This document shows positions 8,749-18,861 of a stretch of DNA of 64,000 nucleotides, one piece after another (position 1 is the first letter of the stretch; each line of letters opens with the position of its first letter). The notes beneath the pieces are model-generated. The model was not told the DNA's origin. It worked only from the letters and a program-made list of their open reading frames with translations, and did not search any database. Both the position numbers and the translations under genes were made by a program. The stretch is taken from NCBI GenBank assembly GCA_041577295.1, contig JBFGJG010000017.1, positions 14,162-78,161 of the forward strand, in the 5' to 3' direction. The DNA comes from Gemmatimonadales bacterium (GTDB lineage: Bacteria > Gemmatimonadota > Gemmatimonadetes > Gemmatimonadales > GWC2-71-9).

Positions 8749-11700
8749 TCACCCACCCGTACGGACCCCGTTGGCCGCCGCCGTCTCCATGTCGTGTACC
8801 CACGTGAGATAGGCATCTAGCAATCGCACGCGGAAGGTCGTACGTACGGCCTCGTTCTCCGCGAGGATGGCATCGTAGAGCCGTTTCGCATCCTCGTAAT
8901 CGCCCATCCGCAGTTTGGCGACCACTCCCCCCTCGAGCAGATCCTTGGCGGAAACCCAACCATCGCCATCCAGCACAGTGGGTAGTAGCGAGTCGGCGAG
9001 TGGCGCCGCGCGCTCGAAGTCCCAGGCGGCGAGCGCATGATAGTATGCAACCGCCTGGCGAACTGGAGTGGGAGCCCGATGGCGCGCGAGATAACGTTCG
9101 GTTTCGGCGTGCAGCTGCGTGTCGAGCACACCAGCCGTCCCGCGGTTGCGATCGCGCTCGACCGCCAGCCAACTGCCGAGCCACACCTTCCAGTCCTGAG
9201 GTCGGGCATCCGCGCGCAGCATACCCTGCCACTGTAGCTGGCGGAACTGCGCGACGTCGAGGCCACCGGGTCGCGTCAACGAATCGAGCGACTCGGCCGC
9301 TGTCGGTGGTTGGCGGAGTGCCGCGCCGAGCGCCAAGGCCTGGACCCGCGGAACCGCCGGAATCGGCACCGCCATATCGTCAGCACCCCCGGGGCGCACG
9401 CGGCGCCCAAAAAACGGCGCCGTGGGATCGAATCGCTCGGTCATGAGGCTGCGAACTCCGTCCGCGAAGCCATTCAGATATCGCGCCCGCTCAGCTCCGA
9501 GGTCGAGCACGGGATAGTAGTCCGAGTTGGCTTGACCCCAACCCTCGAGCAGCGGCGCCAACGCAGCACGGTGGGATACGCGGGCGGCCTCGAGAGCATG
9601 GGGTGTGAGGTTCGTAAGACGGCAAAAGTCCTCGACGACGCCCGGGTATTGGACGATCGACCAGTCTGCGATCGGTGGCTGGGGACCGTTGCTCGCGATG
9701 ACGAGCATATCCCAACCCGCTGTCATGAACACTTCGAACCATCGGAAGTTCTGATAAACGGCCGCGAGCACGGAAAGCGCCAAGCCGTCCTGCAGCTCGT
9801 AGAGGTGTAACCACTGCGCAAAGACCCCGCGTTCACTGAGAGACCGCGCCACGTGTCCGTAGAACTCGGTGGTGAAGAGGCTCGCGACTCCGCTTACCCA
9901 TGGGTTCGATGGCTCGGAAAGGATGAGATCGTAGCCACCGCGCGCGGTAGCCATGTAGCTTCGCGCATCGGCAATCACCATCCTTGACCGGGGATCATCG
10001 AACACGCGCCCATTCGCCGGATAAAACGCGCGAGATCCTTCCACCATCGACGGTTCGATCTCGATCGTCGTCACCGTCTCCGTGTGGGGATTCCCCAGTA
10101 GCGTGTGCGACGACATTCCCGTCCCGTGGCCAATCACGGCCACTTGGCGCGCACGTGGTGCATGGGCAAGGGCAATCAGCGGCGCGAGCGTTTGAGTGGT
10201 GGCATCGCCAGCGAGCGGATGACGCCGGGTCGTCGCCGTACACGGTTCGAGCCACCAGAGGGGCAAGGACCCGTCGGGCTTCCCATTGGTGCTGATGATG
10301 TACATCGGCTGCGCAGTCGCCGCGGTAACTGAGACCGTGGCCGTCCGACCGTCGTGATAGTACACGACTTCTGATTCGAACGGTTTCCCACCGTGGCGAA
10401 ATACGCCACTCGTGAGCATAAGCCGGTCGAACTGGAGGCCGGCCGCGACACCGACACACGCCACCACCGTCGCCGCTGCCGCACCGGCCGGAAGCCAACG
10501 CATGACCGGCCGTTTGCGTGCGGCCACGAGGAGGATTGCGACTCCGAGCGACATGTCGAGCGCGGCCGCGCCGATGAGCACCGCCCGCACACCGATCATC
10601 GGCATGAGCATCACCCCGGCGAGCGCCACCCCTACGATCGATCCAAACGTATTGATCCCGTAGACCTGACCGATGGCCTTCTCACCCACCCCGCCTACGA
10701 CGAGTGTTCGGGTGATGAGGGGAAGCGTGATCCCAGCGCAGAACGTCGATGGGAGCATCACTACGAGGCAGATGATGTAACGCGAGAGTGTGAAGCCCAG
10801 GTAGCCGCCGTCCGACTTTGCGAAGGCCCCCATGAGACTCGCCATCCAGCCAAACGAGGCGATGTAGAGCGGCAACGTGGCCAAGGCGGCAAGGCCCATG
10901 ACCCACTGCACAACACCGAGGGCACGCAGGGGGTCTGCCCAGCCATCGGCGCGTGATCGTACCCAGAATGACCCGAGCGCCAACCCGAGTATGAACGCCG
11001 ACAGCATCAGCTCAAACGAGTGCGTTGCGCTCCCGAGCACGAGCGCCAGCATACGGAGCCACGCGATCTCGTACATGAACGACGCGACCGCCGTACCAAA
11101 GCTGACGATCAACAGAAGCCGCAGGAGCTGCGGCGTGGAGAGGTCTCCAAAGCGGGTGTGGGGCGTCTGCTCGGTGACGGGTGCGGGTTGCGGGGCTTCG
11201 GGTGAGCCACCTCGAGCAACCACATACGCCACCAGGCCCACCAACAGATTGAGAATGGCGGCCATCAGCAGTGTGCCGGGAAGACCCGCCGCCGCCAGCA
11301 AGTAGAAGCCGGCAACCAGTACACCGCCGGCCGCACCGAGGCTGTTGGCGAAGTAGAGCACGGCAAGCGTTCGGCCGGGCATCCGGGGGAAGTGCCTCAA
11401 CACACCCGCGCCCATGAGTGGGAACGTCGTGCCAAGGAGGATCGACTGCGGGGCAATCAGTGCGCCGGCCAGCACCCATTTGGTGATCGGCAACCACACG
11501 GTACCTGCGGTGGCGGGAAAGATCGTAGCGTACGCGAACCCGGTGACCGCGCCATACACGTCGTGGAACACGATCCCGATTGCGCCGACGATAATCTCGA
11601 CAACGGCATACCACTTGAGCGGATTGCGCAGGCCGGTCGTGCGGGATCCCACGAGCAACGCCCCGAGCGCCATCCCCCCCAAGAAGATGCTGATGACGAG

Positions 11701-11817
11701 AATCTGCGCGTATGCGCTGTGGCCGACGAAGAGACCTAGGTATCGCGCCCAGATCGATTCATAGATCAGGCCCGCCGCACCAGAGAGGACAAAGATCGTG
11801 TAGAGGACTATTCGCAT
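8749..11817 (-). CDS. Fused MFS-like membrane domain / spermidine-synthase-like SAM-binding domain
   Basis: About 13 TM helices in two repeats (SG..GLIYE; GT.FP), then NGK.DG, VIGHGTG, IEIE, DAR, SEPSNPW. Confidence 0.85.
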   Translation of the reverse strand: MRIVLYTIFVLSGAAGLIYESIWARYLGLFVGHSAYAQILVISIFLGGMALGALLVGSRTTGLRNPLKWYAVVEIIVGAIGIVFHDVYGAVTGFAYATIFPATAGTVWLPITKWVLAGALIAPQSILLGTTFPLMGAGVLRHFPRMPGRTLAVLYFANSLGAAGGVLVAGFYLLAAAGLPGTLLMAAILNLLVGLVAYVVARGGSPEAPQPAPVTEQTPHTRFGDLSTPQLLRLLLIVSFGTAVASFMYEIAWLRMLALVLGSATHSFELMLSAFILGLALGSFWVRSRADGWADPLRALGVVQWVMGLAALATLPLYIASFGWMASLMGAFAKSDGGYLGFTLSRYIICLVVMLPSTFCAGITLPLITRTLVVGGVGEKAIGQVYGINTFGSIVGVALAGVMLMPMIGVRAVLIGAAALDMSLGVAILLVAARKRPVMRWLPAGAAAATVVACVGVAAGLQFDRLMLTSGVFRHGGKPFESEVVYYHDGRTATVSVTAATAQPMYIISTNGKPDGSLPLWWLEPCTATTRRHPLAGDATTQTLAPLIALAHAPRARQVAVIGHGTGMSSHTLLGNPHTETVTTIEIEPSMVEGSRAFYPANGRVFDDPRSRMVIADARSYMATARGGYDLILSEPSNPWVSGVASLFTTEFYGHVARSLSERGVFAQWLHLYELQDGLALSVLAAVYQNFRWFEVFMTAGWDMLVIASNGPQPPIADWSIVQYPGVVEDFCRLTNLTPHALEAARVSHRAALAPLLEGWGQANSDYYPVLDLGAERARYLNGFADGVRSLMTERFDPTAPFFGRRVRPGGADDMAVPIPAVPRVQALALGAALRQPPTAAESLDSLTRPGGLDVAQFRQLQWQGMLRADARPQDWKVWLGSWLAVERDRNRGTAGVLDTQLHAETERYLARHRAPTPVRQAVAYYHALAAWDFERAAPLADSLLPTVLDGDGWVSAKDLLEGGVVAKLRMGDYEDAKRLYDAILAENEAVRTTFRVRLLDAYLTWVHDMETAAANGVRTGG

Positions 11818-11892
11818 CCGAACATCCCGTGTTGGCTCAGTAACGCTGGCGTGGTTTCAGGACTGCGAAGCGTGAATAACCAACCCGGAACG

Positions 11893-13266
11893 TCAACTGG
11901 GCTGGGCATCGTAGCGCGCCAGTTTTCGATACAGCGTGGAGGGGTCGATTCCCAACACCTCCGCCGCTCGGCTCTTGTTGCCGCCCTCGGACTGGAGCAC
12001 CCAGCTGATATACGCACGCTCGATGATCTCGAGCGTGGGGTTTTCCGGTAGCCGGTCCGTCACCAACGGTTCCGCCCGCCGGTGCGTGACCCGCTCGGGA
12101 AGCGCCGTTGCGTCGACGTCCTGGCCTTGGCTCAAGATGATTGCGTGTTCGAGCGCGTTCTCCAGCTCGCGCACGTTCCCGGGCCAGTCGTATTCCATCA
12201 GCGATTCGAGCGCCGTGCCATTCAGCTGTTTGAAAGGCTCCGCGCGCTGCTGGGCGATGCGCTGGAGGAACGCATCAGCGAGAAGCGGGATGTCCTCCCG
12301 TCGATTCCGCAACGGCGGCAGGTGCAGGGTGATCACGTTGAGCCGGTAGTAAAGATCCGTCCGAAACCCACCGCGCCGAATCTCCTCATCCAAGTCCCGA
12401 TTCGTCGCGGCGATCACTCGGACATCGACGGGAATGGGTTCCGTCCCACCGACAGGAAGCGCCTCGCGTTCTTGCAACACACGCAGCAGCTTCACCTGCG
12501 TGGATGGCTGCATCTCGGCGATCTCATCTAGGAAGAACGACCCACCCCGAGCCGCTGCGAACATGCCCTGTTTGTCACGAACCGCACCGGTGAACGACCC
12601 TTTCACGTGACCAAAGAGCTCGGACTCCAGCAGACTCTCCGGCAACGCGCCGCAGTTGATTGAAAAGAAGGGACCTTCACTTCGCTCAGAGAGCTCGTGG
12701 ATGTAACGTGCCAGTACTTCTTTTCCGGTTCCACTTTCGCCGAGGATGAGCACCGTCGACTCGGTTGGAGCCACCTGCTCTGCGAGCTTCAGCACCTCGA
12801 GAAAGGTCCGGGCCTTACCGATGGGCTTGATGCTCTTTGATCGCTCGCGCCTGCGGATCTCCCGCTTGAGGTGCTTGTTCTCCGAGCGGAGCGCTCGGAA
12901 CTCGTAGGCGCGACGACAGATGGCGATGAGGTCGTCGTTGGCGAACGGTTTTTGAATGTAGTAGTAGGCTCCTTGATTGACGGCCTGGATCGCGTCCTGG
13001 AGAGACGTATGCGCGGTCATGAGGATGACCGGCATTTCGGGATCCTGGTCGCGCGCGGCCTTCAGAATATCGATCCCCGACGCGTAGGGCATTTTCACGT
13101 CGGTGAGGACGATATCCGGGTTCGCTGATTTGAGCGCTTCGAGTCCGGCTCTCCCACCCTGTGCAGTGTCGACGCTGAAACCCGAATTCTTCAGCAGGAT
13201 CGTGAGGGTCTCGAGAATGCCTGACTCGTCGTCGATGACGAGTATACTCGGCTGGTACTGACTCAC
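11893..13266 (-). CDS. pilR: Sigma54-dependent response regulator (PilR/NtrC family)
   Basis: Receiver DD/D/K, GESGTGKE, GSFTGA, FLDEI, WPGNVREL, Fis HTH; GTG start with GGAGGT RBS overlapping the kinase stop. Confidence 0.88.
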   Translation of the reverse strand: MSQYQPSILVIDDESGILETLTILLKNSGFSVDTAQGGRAGLEALKSANPDIVLTDVKMPYASGIDILKAARDQDPEMPVILMTAHTSLQDAIQAVNQGAYYYIQKPFANDDLIAICRRAYEFRALRSENKHLKREIRRRERSKSIKPIGKARTFLEVLKLAEQVAPTESTVLILGESGTGKEVLARYIHELSERSEGPFFSINCGALPESLLESELFGHVKGSFTGAVRDKQGMFAAARGGSFFLDEIAEMQPSTQVKLLRVLQEREALPVGGTEPIPVDVRVIAATNRDLDEEIRRGGFRTDLYYRLNVITLHLPPLRNRREDIPLLADAFLQRIAQQRAEPFKQLNGTALESLMEYDWPGNVRELENALEHAIILSQGQDVDATALPERVTHRRAEPLVTDRLPENPTLEIIERAYISWVLQSEGGNKSRAAEVLGIDPSTLYRKLARYDAQPS

Positions 13267-14942
13267 GCGGCTACCTCCGTTGTTGCCTTTGCGGGCAAGA
13301 GCACGACAAAGGTCGTCCCCTGCTCCGGGGTCGAGTCGACCCACACGTATCCTCTATGTGCCTGGACGGCGCGTTGCACAATCGCCAACCCGAGCCCCGA
13401 ACCACCCACGCGCCCCGTTACGAACGGATCGAACAGCCGCTGGCGGATCTCCTGTGGGATTCCAGGTCCGTCATCGACCACGCGCAGATACACCGCCTCG
13501 TCGAGCGCCACCCCCAGCGGCAGATCGTCTCGACGAGCTGGCCGCACTTCGATGGTGATCCGCGCTTTTCCTTTGCAAGCCTGCACTGCGTTGAGCACCA
13601 GGTTTACCACGATGCGGTGCAGCAGATCCTCGTCGCCTTCCAATCCCGCAGCGGCAATCTCGAGCTGAATGTCCGTTTCGGCAGAGCAGTCGGGGTGGTT
13701 GCGAACCACGTCCACCGCTGTGCGGGTGATCGCACCCAAGTCCACCGGGTGCGATTCCGTTACCTGGACTCGGGAGAAATCGAGAAACTCGCTGAGCAGG
13801 CGGGATAATCGATCGCTCTCCCGGACCACCAGCTGGGCGAGGGCGCGCTCGTCTGGACTCGTCTGCGCGGAGCGAGAAAGCTGCTCGACGGAGGACCGGA
13901 TCGAAGCCAGCGGGTTTTTGATTTCATGCGCCAGGGATGCTGACAGCTCAGCCACTGCTTCGAGCCGTTCGGTTCGCAGGTGGAGCTCGTCGAGTCGCTT
14001 TTGCTGGGAGATGTCCGTGAAAATGGCGGTGACCGACGGGGCGTGCCCGGCTCCAACATCCAGCGCCATCGTGGTAAAACCGATCGGTCGCCGCCGATCC
14101 AAGAGATGCACACTCCCCTCCGATCGAAACACGCGATAGCCCGTGCGCTGCGTCGTCTCCATGGCCCGTTTGAGCTCCGGCGCACGGTCCTCCAGCAGAT
14201 CGATGAATGCCGTTCCCTCCGTGACGTAGTCCGGCAGGCCCAACAGTTCGCGGGCTGCGGGGTTGGCGTACGCGAGGTTGCCATTGGCGTCCACCGTGAG
14301 GATCCCGCTGCGAATGTTTTGGAGAATGTCGCTGGCTTCGAGCTTTAGGCGTTGCACCTCCTCCTGAAGCTCAGCGTGCCTTGCTCCGACCACCTGCACA
14401 CGACTCACGATCAACGCGATCACGACGAACACGGCCAGCAGCACCGCGATCTGGATCCACACACCTAGTGACAGTTGAACCGGGTACCACCACACGATAT
14501 CCGCGAGATACAGCAAACTCGCCAGGCTCGTGACGAGCAGGCTTGGCGCGAGCGGCATGAGGACGGCATAGACCGCAACCACGGGTACGTAGAGCGCGGG
14601 GAACTGGCTGGCGGGTCCTTGCATGACGTGCACAACTGTCGTGACCAGACCCAGGTCGAACATCGCTTGCGCGTACAGGAATGGGAGTGACGCGGTGCGC
14701 TGCCGAATATGAGTGTGCCAGATTGAGATCCCGCTGAAGATGACACTCGCAAGCGCGGCGGTGGCCAGCGTGAGGATGGTAGCCGGAGGCACCGTCTGGA
14801 ACGACCAGCCGGCCGCAACGAACACGACGAGCGCAACGGCGATCCGACCGACGTAGATCCAACGCAACAAGCCGGTCGCTGACGGAACGCCGGCTAAGAA
14901 CGGGCGCCGGCGTCCGCGTTGACTACCTCCAAGTCCAGGCAT
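13263..14942 (-). CDS. pilS: PilS-like sensor kinase (about 6 TM, PAS, HisKA, HATPase)
   Basis: AHEIKNPL, NLVLNA, DDGPG, FDPF, GSGLGL; start trimmed to ATG 14942. Confidence 0.85.
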   Translation of the reverse strand: MPGLGGSQRGRRRPFLAGVPSATGLLRWIYVGRIAVALVVFVAAGWSFQTVPPATILTLATAALASVIFSGISIWHTHIRQRTASLPFLYAQAMFDLGLVTTVVHVMQGPASQFPALYVPVVAVYAVLMPLAPSLLVTSLASLLYLADIVWWYPVQLSLGVWIQIAVLLAVFVVIALIVSRVQVVGARHAELQEEVQRLKLEASDILQNIRSGILTVDANGNLAYANPAARELLGLPDYVTEGTAFIDLLEDRAPELKRAMETTQRTGYRVFRSEGSVHLLDRRRPIGFTTMALDVGAGHAPSVTAIFTDISQQKRLDELHLRTERLEAVAELSASLAHEIKNPLASIRSSVEQLSRSAQTSPDERALAQLVVRESDRLSRLLSEFLDFSRVQVTESHPVDLGAITRTAVDVVRNHPDCSAETDIQLEIAAAGLEGDEDLLHRIVVNLVLNAVQACKGKARITIEVRPARRDDLPLGVALDEAVYLRVVDDGPGIPQEIRQRLFDPFVTGRVGGSGLGLAIVQRAVQAHRGYVWVDSTPEQGTTFVVLLPAKATTEVAA

Positions 14943-15051
14943 GGCTGCGTAGTATCTGGGGCCATCTGGCAAAATGCAAGACTCCGGATTTGCGTTGATC
15001 CGGAGCGCCTTCGGGAGGGTTGAGCTTCGGGGACTGTCTGATTCCGCAGCC

Positions 15052-15567
15052 TCAGTCTCGAACGATCGCGTAGAGAAACTCGTCAAGGACGTGTTGCTCC
15101 TTGACGGCCGCCTTCCGGCAGCGGCCTTCGAGGCGGAATCCGGCCTTGTCGAGGACACGTTGCGAGGACGTGTTTCCCTCGAAGACTCGGGCGGCGATTC
15201 TGCAGAGGTCGAAAGTCGCAAATGCGTACTCCGTAAATGCTTGCACAGCCTCCGTCATGATACCGCGACCCCAGAACGGTTCGCCGAGCCAGTACCCCAA
15301 CTCGGCCGTACGACGGTAGACGTCCTGTCCCAGACGAAGTCCGATGCCACCCACCGCGTCGTTTTGGACCTCGATGGCGAGCTGCGTGGGTGGCGACGTC
15401 GATGTCGCGGTCTGAATCCACCGGTCGGCGTGAGCGGCGGAGTACGGATGAGGAAACGTGTCCCGGAGCGTCCGCCAGACGTTGTAGTTGTTGGCGTAGC
15501 GAACCAAAGACGTCGCGTCCTCTGGGCGCCAGTTGCGGATCGTGCATCGCGACAGGACCAGATGCAC
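15052..15567 (-). CDS. GNAT N-acetyltransferase, RimJ/RimL family
   Basis: AELGYWLGEPFWGRGIMTEA, N..S.RVL.KAGF..EG. Confidence 0.9.
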   Translation of the reverse strand: MHLVLSRCTIRNWRPEDATSLVRYANNYNVWRTLRDTFPHPYSAAHADRWIQTATSTSPPTQLAIEVQNDAVGGIGLRLGQDVYRRTAELGYWLGEPFWGRGIMTEAVQAFTEYAFATFDLCRIAARVFEGNTSSQRVLDKAGFRLEGRCRKAAVKEQHVLDEFLYAIVRD

Positions 15568-15821
15568 GGTTACCGCGCCGACTGTGGATCAAGGCCTGTA
15601 ATTGTTCTTCCTATAGCAGGCATCGCGTTGTGCTTTGGGTCACAATGCCGATCCTCGGGTAGGGACACACGCTGGTGGCAGCGCCATCGCTGCGCGGTCA
15701 TCAGGTGATCACGCAAGGCAAAGCGCGAGCTGGTGGACCGTTCATGGTATCGTGGACCGGGTTCGATCTCTGCCGTGATCTGGACGGTGCAGCTACGGGC
15801 CGTCAATCGGCGGAAGAGTGG

Positions 15822-16274
15822 TCACGATAGATGTTTGACCATCACGACGGCGGACGCTGGGCAGATCTCCCGAAACTCGACGGACGTCTTGACGAGTTCT
15901 GGGACATCATCCCGCCCAATACGCACGAATCCAAACCGTGGAAACCACTGCTCCGCGGTGGTTGTGAGGAGGAAGATGTCGCGTACCAGATCCGCAGCAG
16001 CCTTTTCGAGCAATCGCTCAACCAGCAGGTGTCCCACGCCCAACCCGCGGAGGTCGTCCGTGACCGCGGCCGATCGGAGCAATGCGTCGGAGCCGTAGCG
16101 CTCGAGCCCAACGGACCCGACGAGCCGCGAATCGTGAAACGCCACAAGGAAGTTCTCCAACACCTCGACCACTCCCTTGGTGGAGAGTCCGGCGTCGGTC
16201 AACAGTTGCCGGAGCGGTGCGACGTCGGCGGGCGTCGCCCCTCGCACAACCACTTCACGCGGATCAGCATGCAT
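15822..16274 (-). CDS. GNAT N-acetyltransferase, ArsN2/ArgA-like
   Basis: LLRSAAV...RGLGVG, LLTTTAEQWF.RFGF, EF..ICPASA; ATG 16274. Confidence 0.8.
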   Translation of the reverse strand: MHADPREVVVRGATPADVAPLRQLLTDAGLSTKGVVEVLENFLVAFHDSRLVGSVGLERYGSDALLRSAAVTDDLRGLGVGHLLVERLLEKAAADLVRDIFLLTTTAEQWFPRFGFVRIGRDDVPELVKTSVEFREICPASAVVMVKHLS

Positions 16275-16388
16275 ATAGCTGGGTGCCCTCCTCGATTCTC
16301 TTTGCGCCTGGCCGGCCACCCCTCTCACCGCAAGGTGACAGAGCCCGGCCCGCTTGAGAAGGGTCGTCCACGACGAGCCCTCAATGCA

Positions 16389-16418
16389 CGACGGCCCCAC
16401 CGTGAGGAGGGGCCGTCG
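16389..16418 (-). terminator. GC-rich hairpin downstream of pilC
   Basis: CGACGGCCCC-N10-GGGGCCGTCG, 40 nt after the pilC stop; no clear U-tract. Confidence 0.55.
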
Positions 16419-16458
16419 AAGCTGTCCCTGGACAAAGGCGAGGTTGCGCTTTCCTAGC

Positions 16459-17652
16459 CTACCCTTGCACGGCGTTAATCATGTCGAAGATCGGTAGATA
16501 CATCGCCACGATCATACCACCCACAACGACGCCCAGAACGACGATCATGACCGGTTCCATTAGGGAGAGCAGCGCGCTCACGGCCGCATCGACTTCGTCG
16601 TCGTAGAAGTCGGCGATCTTCGAGAGCATTTCGTCCAGGCCGCCAGTGGCCTCACCGACCGCGATCATCGAGGTCACCATGGGTGGGAAGACGCCCGACG
16701 ATTCCAGCGGTCCGGAAATCGTCTCACCACCGGCGATCGAACCGCGTGACTCCATGACGGCATCGTGGACGACGCGATTCCCCGCGGTGCGTGCGGTGAT
16801 CTCCAAGCCATCGAGAATTGCGACACCCGACGAGAGCAGGGTACCCAGCGTCCGAGTGAAACGTGAGATCGCAGACTTGCGCAGGAGGTCTCCGAGCACC
16901 GGGACGCGCAGGAGGAACTTGTCGATATTGAGCCGGCCATTTTCGGTGTTGTAGTACGACCGGATGGCAAACCCAAGCGCCACGGCCCCGGCGATCATCG
17001 CCCACCACCACCCCTGTAACAGCTCACTCAGACCGATCACGACCCGAGTAGGAAGGGGGAGCTCGAGGTTCACCGAGGCAAACATCTGTTGGAACGTCGG
17101 AATGACGAAGACTAGCAGCACCACGATGGCGACGACCGCGACCGTGAGGATGACGGCGGGATAGATCATCGCGCCCTTCACCTTCCGAATGATCGCGTCG
17201 TTCTTTTCCAAAAAGGTGGCCAAGCGCAGCAGAATCGTGTCCAGAATACCCCCTGCCTCACCCGCGGCTACCATGTTGACGTAGAGCTGGGTGAACGCGT
17301 TTCGGTGCTTATCGAGCGCGTCGGCAAGGGTGTTACCGCTCTCGACATCGTACACGACCTGACGCGTGACCTCGGCGAGCGCTTTGTTTTCGGTCTGCTG
17401 GGCCAGAATGTCGAGAGACTGTACCAACGGCAGCCCCGAATTGATCATCGTGGCGAATTGCCGCGTGAAGATCACGACATCCCGGGTGGGAATGCGACGC
17501 GCGCGCTTCTTTCGGGACTGCTCCCGCACCCGCACGATCCGCATGTTGTTCCGCCGGAGATGCTGGCGTACGTCTTCGAGGCTTGGAAGATCGAGGGTAC
17601 CGCTCTGTGTGTCCCCCGACAGCGTACGCGCCGTGTATTCAAAAACTGGCAT
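16459..17652 (-). CDS. pilC: Type IV pilus platform protein
   Basis: FTRQFATMINSGLPL, AGEAGG, MIYP, EP; two T2SSF domains. Confidence 0.97.
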   Translation of the reverse strand: MPVFEYTARTLSGDTQSGTLDLPSLEDVRQHLRRNNMRIVRVREQSRKKRARRIPTRDVVIFTRQFATMINSGLPLVQSLDILAQQTENKALAEVTRQVVYDVESGNTLADALDKHRNAFTQLYVNMVAAGEAGGILDTILLRLATFLEKNDAIIRKVKGAMIYPAVILTVAVVAIVVLLVFVIPTFQQMFASVNLELPLPTRVVIGLSELLQGWWWAMIAGAVALGFAIRSYYNTENGRLNIDKFLLRVPVLGDLLRKSAISRFTRTLGTLLSSGVAILDGLEITARTAGNRVVHDAVMESRGSIAGGETISGPLESSGVFPPMVTSMIAVGEATGGLDEMLSKIADFYDDEVDAAVSALLSLMEPVMIVVLGVVVGGMIVAMYLPIFDMINAVQG

Positions 17653-17671
17653 GGCTCAACTCCGAGTGGTT

Positions 17672-18823
17672 TTACCCGCGCCCGGCGTATACGCGACCAG
17701 AGGAGGATTCCTCCCCACCGGGCTCTCCAATCATACGTAGCAACTCGTTCTGATCCTGCGCCACCCGCATACACTCTTCGAGGGTGACTTCCCGTTGCAT
17801 GTACAGCCGGTACAGGTCATCCGCCAGCGTCTGCATCCCGTGCTTCTTCCCAGCCTGCAGGGTCGAGTAGATCTGGTGGACCTTATCATCGCGAATCAGC
17901 GCTCGGATGGCCGGCGTTGCGACCATGACCTCGGCCGCCATGACCCGCCCTTTGCCAGCTGAGCGTTGTAGTAGCGACTGGGTAATGACCCCTTCCAACA
18001 CAAACGCGAGCTGGGCACGGACCTGAGATTGCTGATGCGCCGGAAAGACGTCGATGATTCGGTTGATAGTCTCGGCGGCCGAGTTGGTATGCAGGGTGGC
18101 CAGCGCTAGATGGCCCGTCTCCGCAATGGTCAAAGCCGCCTGAATCGTTTCCAGATCCCGCATTTCGCCAATGAGAACCACGTCGGGGTCTTGACGCAGT
18201 GCGTACTTGAGCGCGCTCGAGAACGTCTTCGTATCGGTTCCCACCTCACGCTGGTTGATGATGCAGCGCTGATGTCGATGAATGAACTCAATGGGATCCT
18301 CTACCGTGATGATATGGCCCTGCCGGGTCTTGTTGATCTTGTCGATCATCGCGGCAAGCGTGGTAGACTTACCGGACCCAGTCGGTCCCGTTACGAGCAC
18401 GAGCCCCCGCGGACGGTCGGCGAGCTTCTTCAGCACGGCCGGGAGCCCCAACTCTTCGAACGTCTTCACGGTAAACGGGATCTGCCGAATCACCATCGAT
18501 ACGCAGCCGCGCTGCTTGAAGCAGTTGCCACGAAAGCGGGACAGATTCTGGATTCCGAACGAGAAGTCCAGCTCATCCTCCGTTTCGAACCGCTTTTTCT
18601 GGTTCTCGGTCAAGACCGAGTACGCCAGCTGCAGCGTGTCTTTTGGTGTCAGCTGCCGTTCGACACGCGAACTGGTGATCTCACCGTCAATCCGGATTTT
18701 CGGACACTCACCGGCGGTGATGTGCAGGTCCGAAGCCTCCCGCTCGATAACTTCCTCGAGCAGCGACCGGAGATTGATTGGAACGGCACTGCCTTCGCCG
18801 TGAGCTGCCCCACTCGCATCCAT
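17672..18823 (-). CDS. pilT: Type IV pilus retraction ATPase
   Basis: ASDLH, GPTGSGKSTT, LRQDPD, AETGH, AIRALIRD. Confidence 0.96.
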   Translation of the reverse strand: MDASGAAHGEGSAVPINLRSLLEEVIEREASDLHITAGECPKIRIDGEITSSRVERQLTPKDTLQLAYSVLTENQKKRFETEDELDFSFGIQNLSRFRGNCFKQRGCVSMVIRQIPFTVKTFEELGLPAVLKKLADRPRGLVLVTGPTGSGKSTTLAAMIDKINKTRQGHIITVEDPIEFIHRHQRCIINQREVGTDTKTFSSALKYALRQDPDVVLIGEMRDLETIQAALTIAETGHLALATLHTNSAAETINRIIDVFPAHQQSQVRAQLAFVLEGVITQSLLQRSAGKGRVMAAEVMVATPAIRALIRDDKVHQIYSTLQAGKKHGMQTLADDLYRLYMQREVTLEECMRVAQDQNELLRMIGEPGGEESSSGRVYAGRG

Positions 18824-18861
18824 AGTTTTTGCCTGCCGTAGTTAGGAGACCCTGCGATTGA

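Noticed and set aside
14943..15221. N-terminal extension of pilS in the ORF track
   Set aside because: Overlaps the GNAT gene in another frame and is low-complexity; ATG 14942 fits better
15720..15780. GGGTTCGATC resembling a tRNA T-loop
   Set aside because: No convincing T stem, acceptor stem or anticodon arm
15570..15806. 78-aa ORF between the GNAT genes
   Set aside because: No RBS or recognisable motif
15822..16274. Arsenic-resistance function for the ArsN2-like GNAT
   Set aside because: No ars genes nearby; family resemblance only
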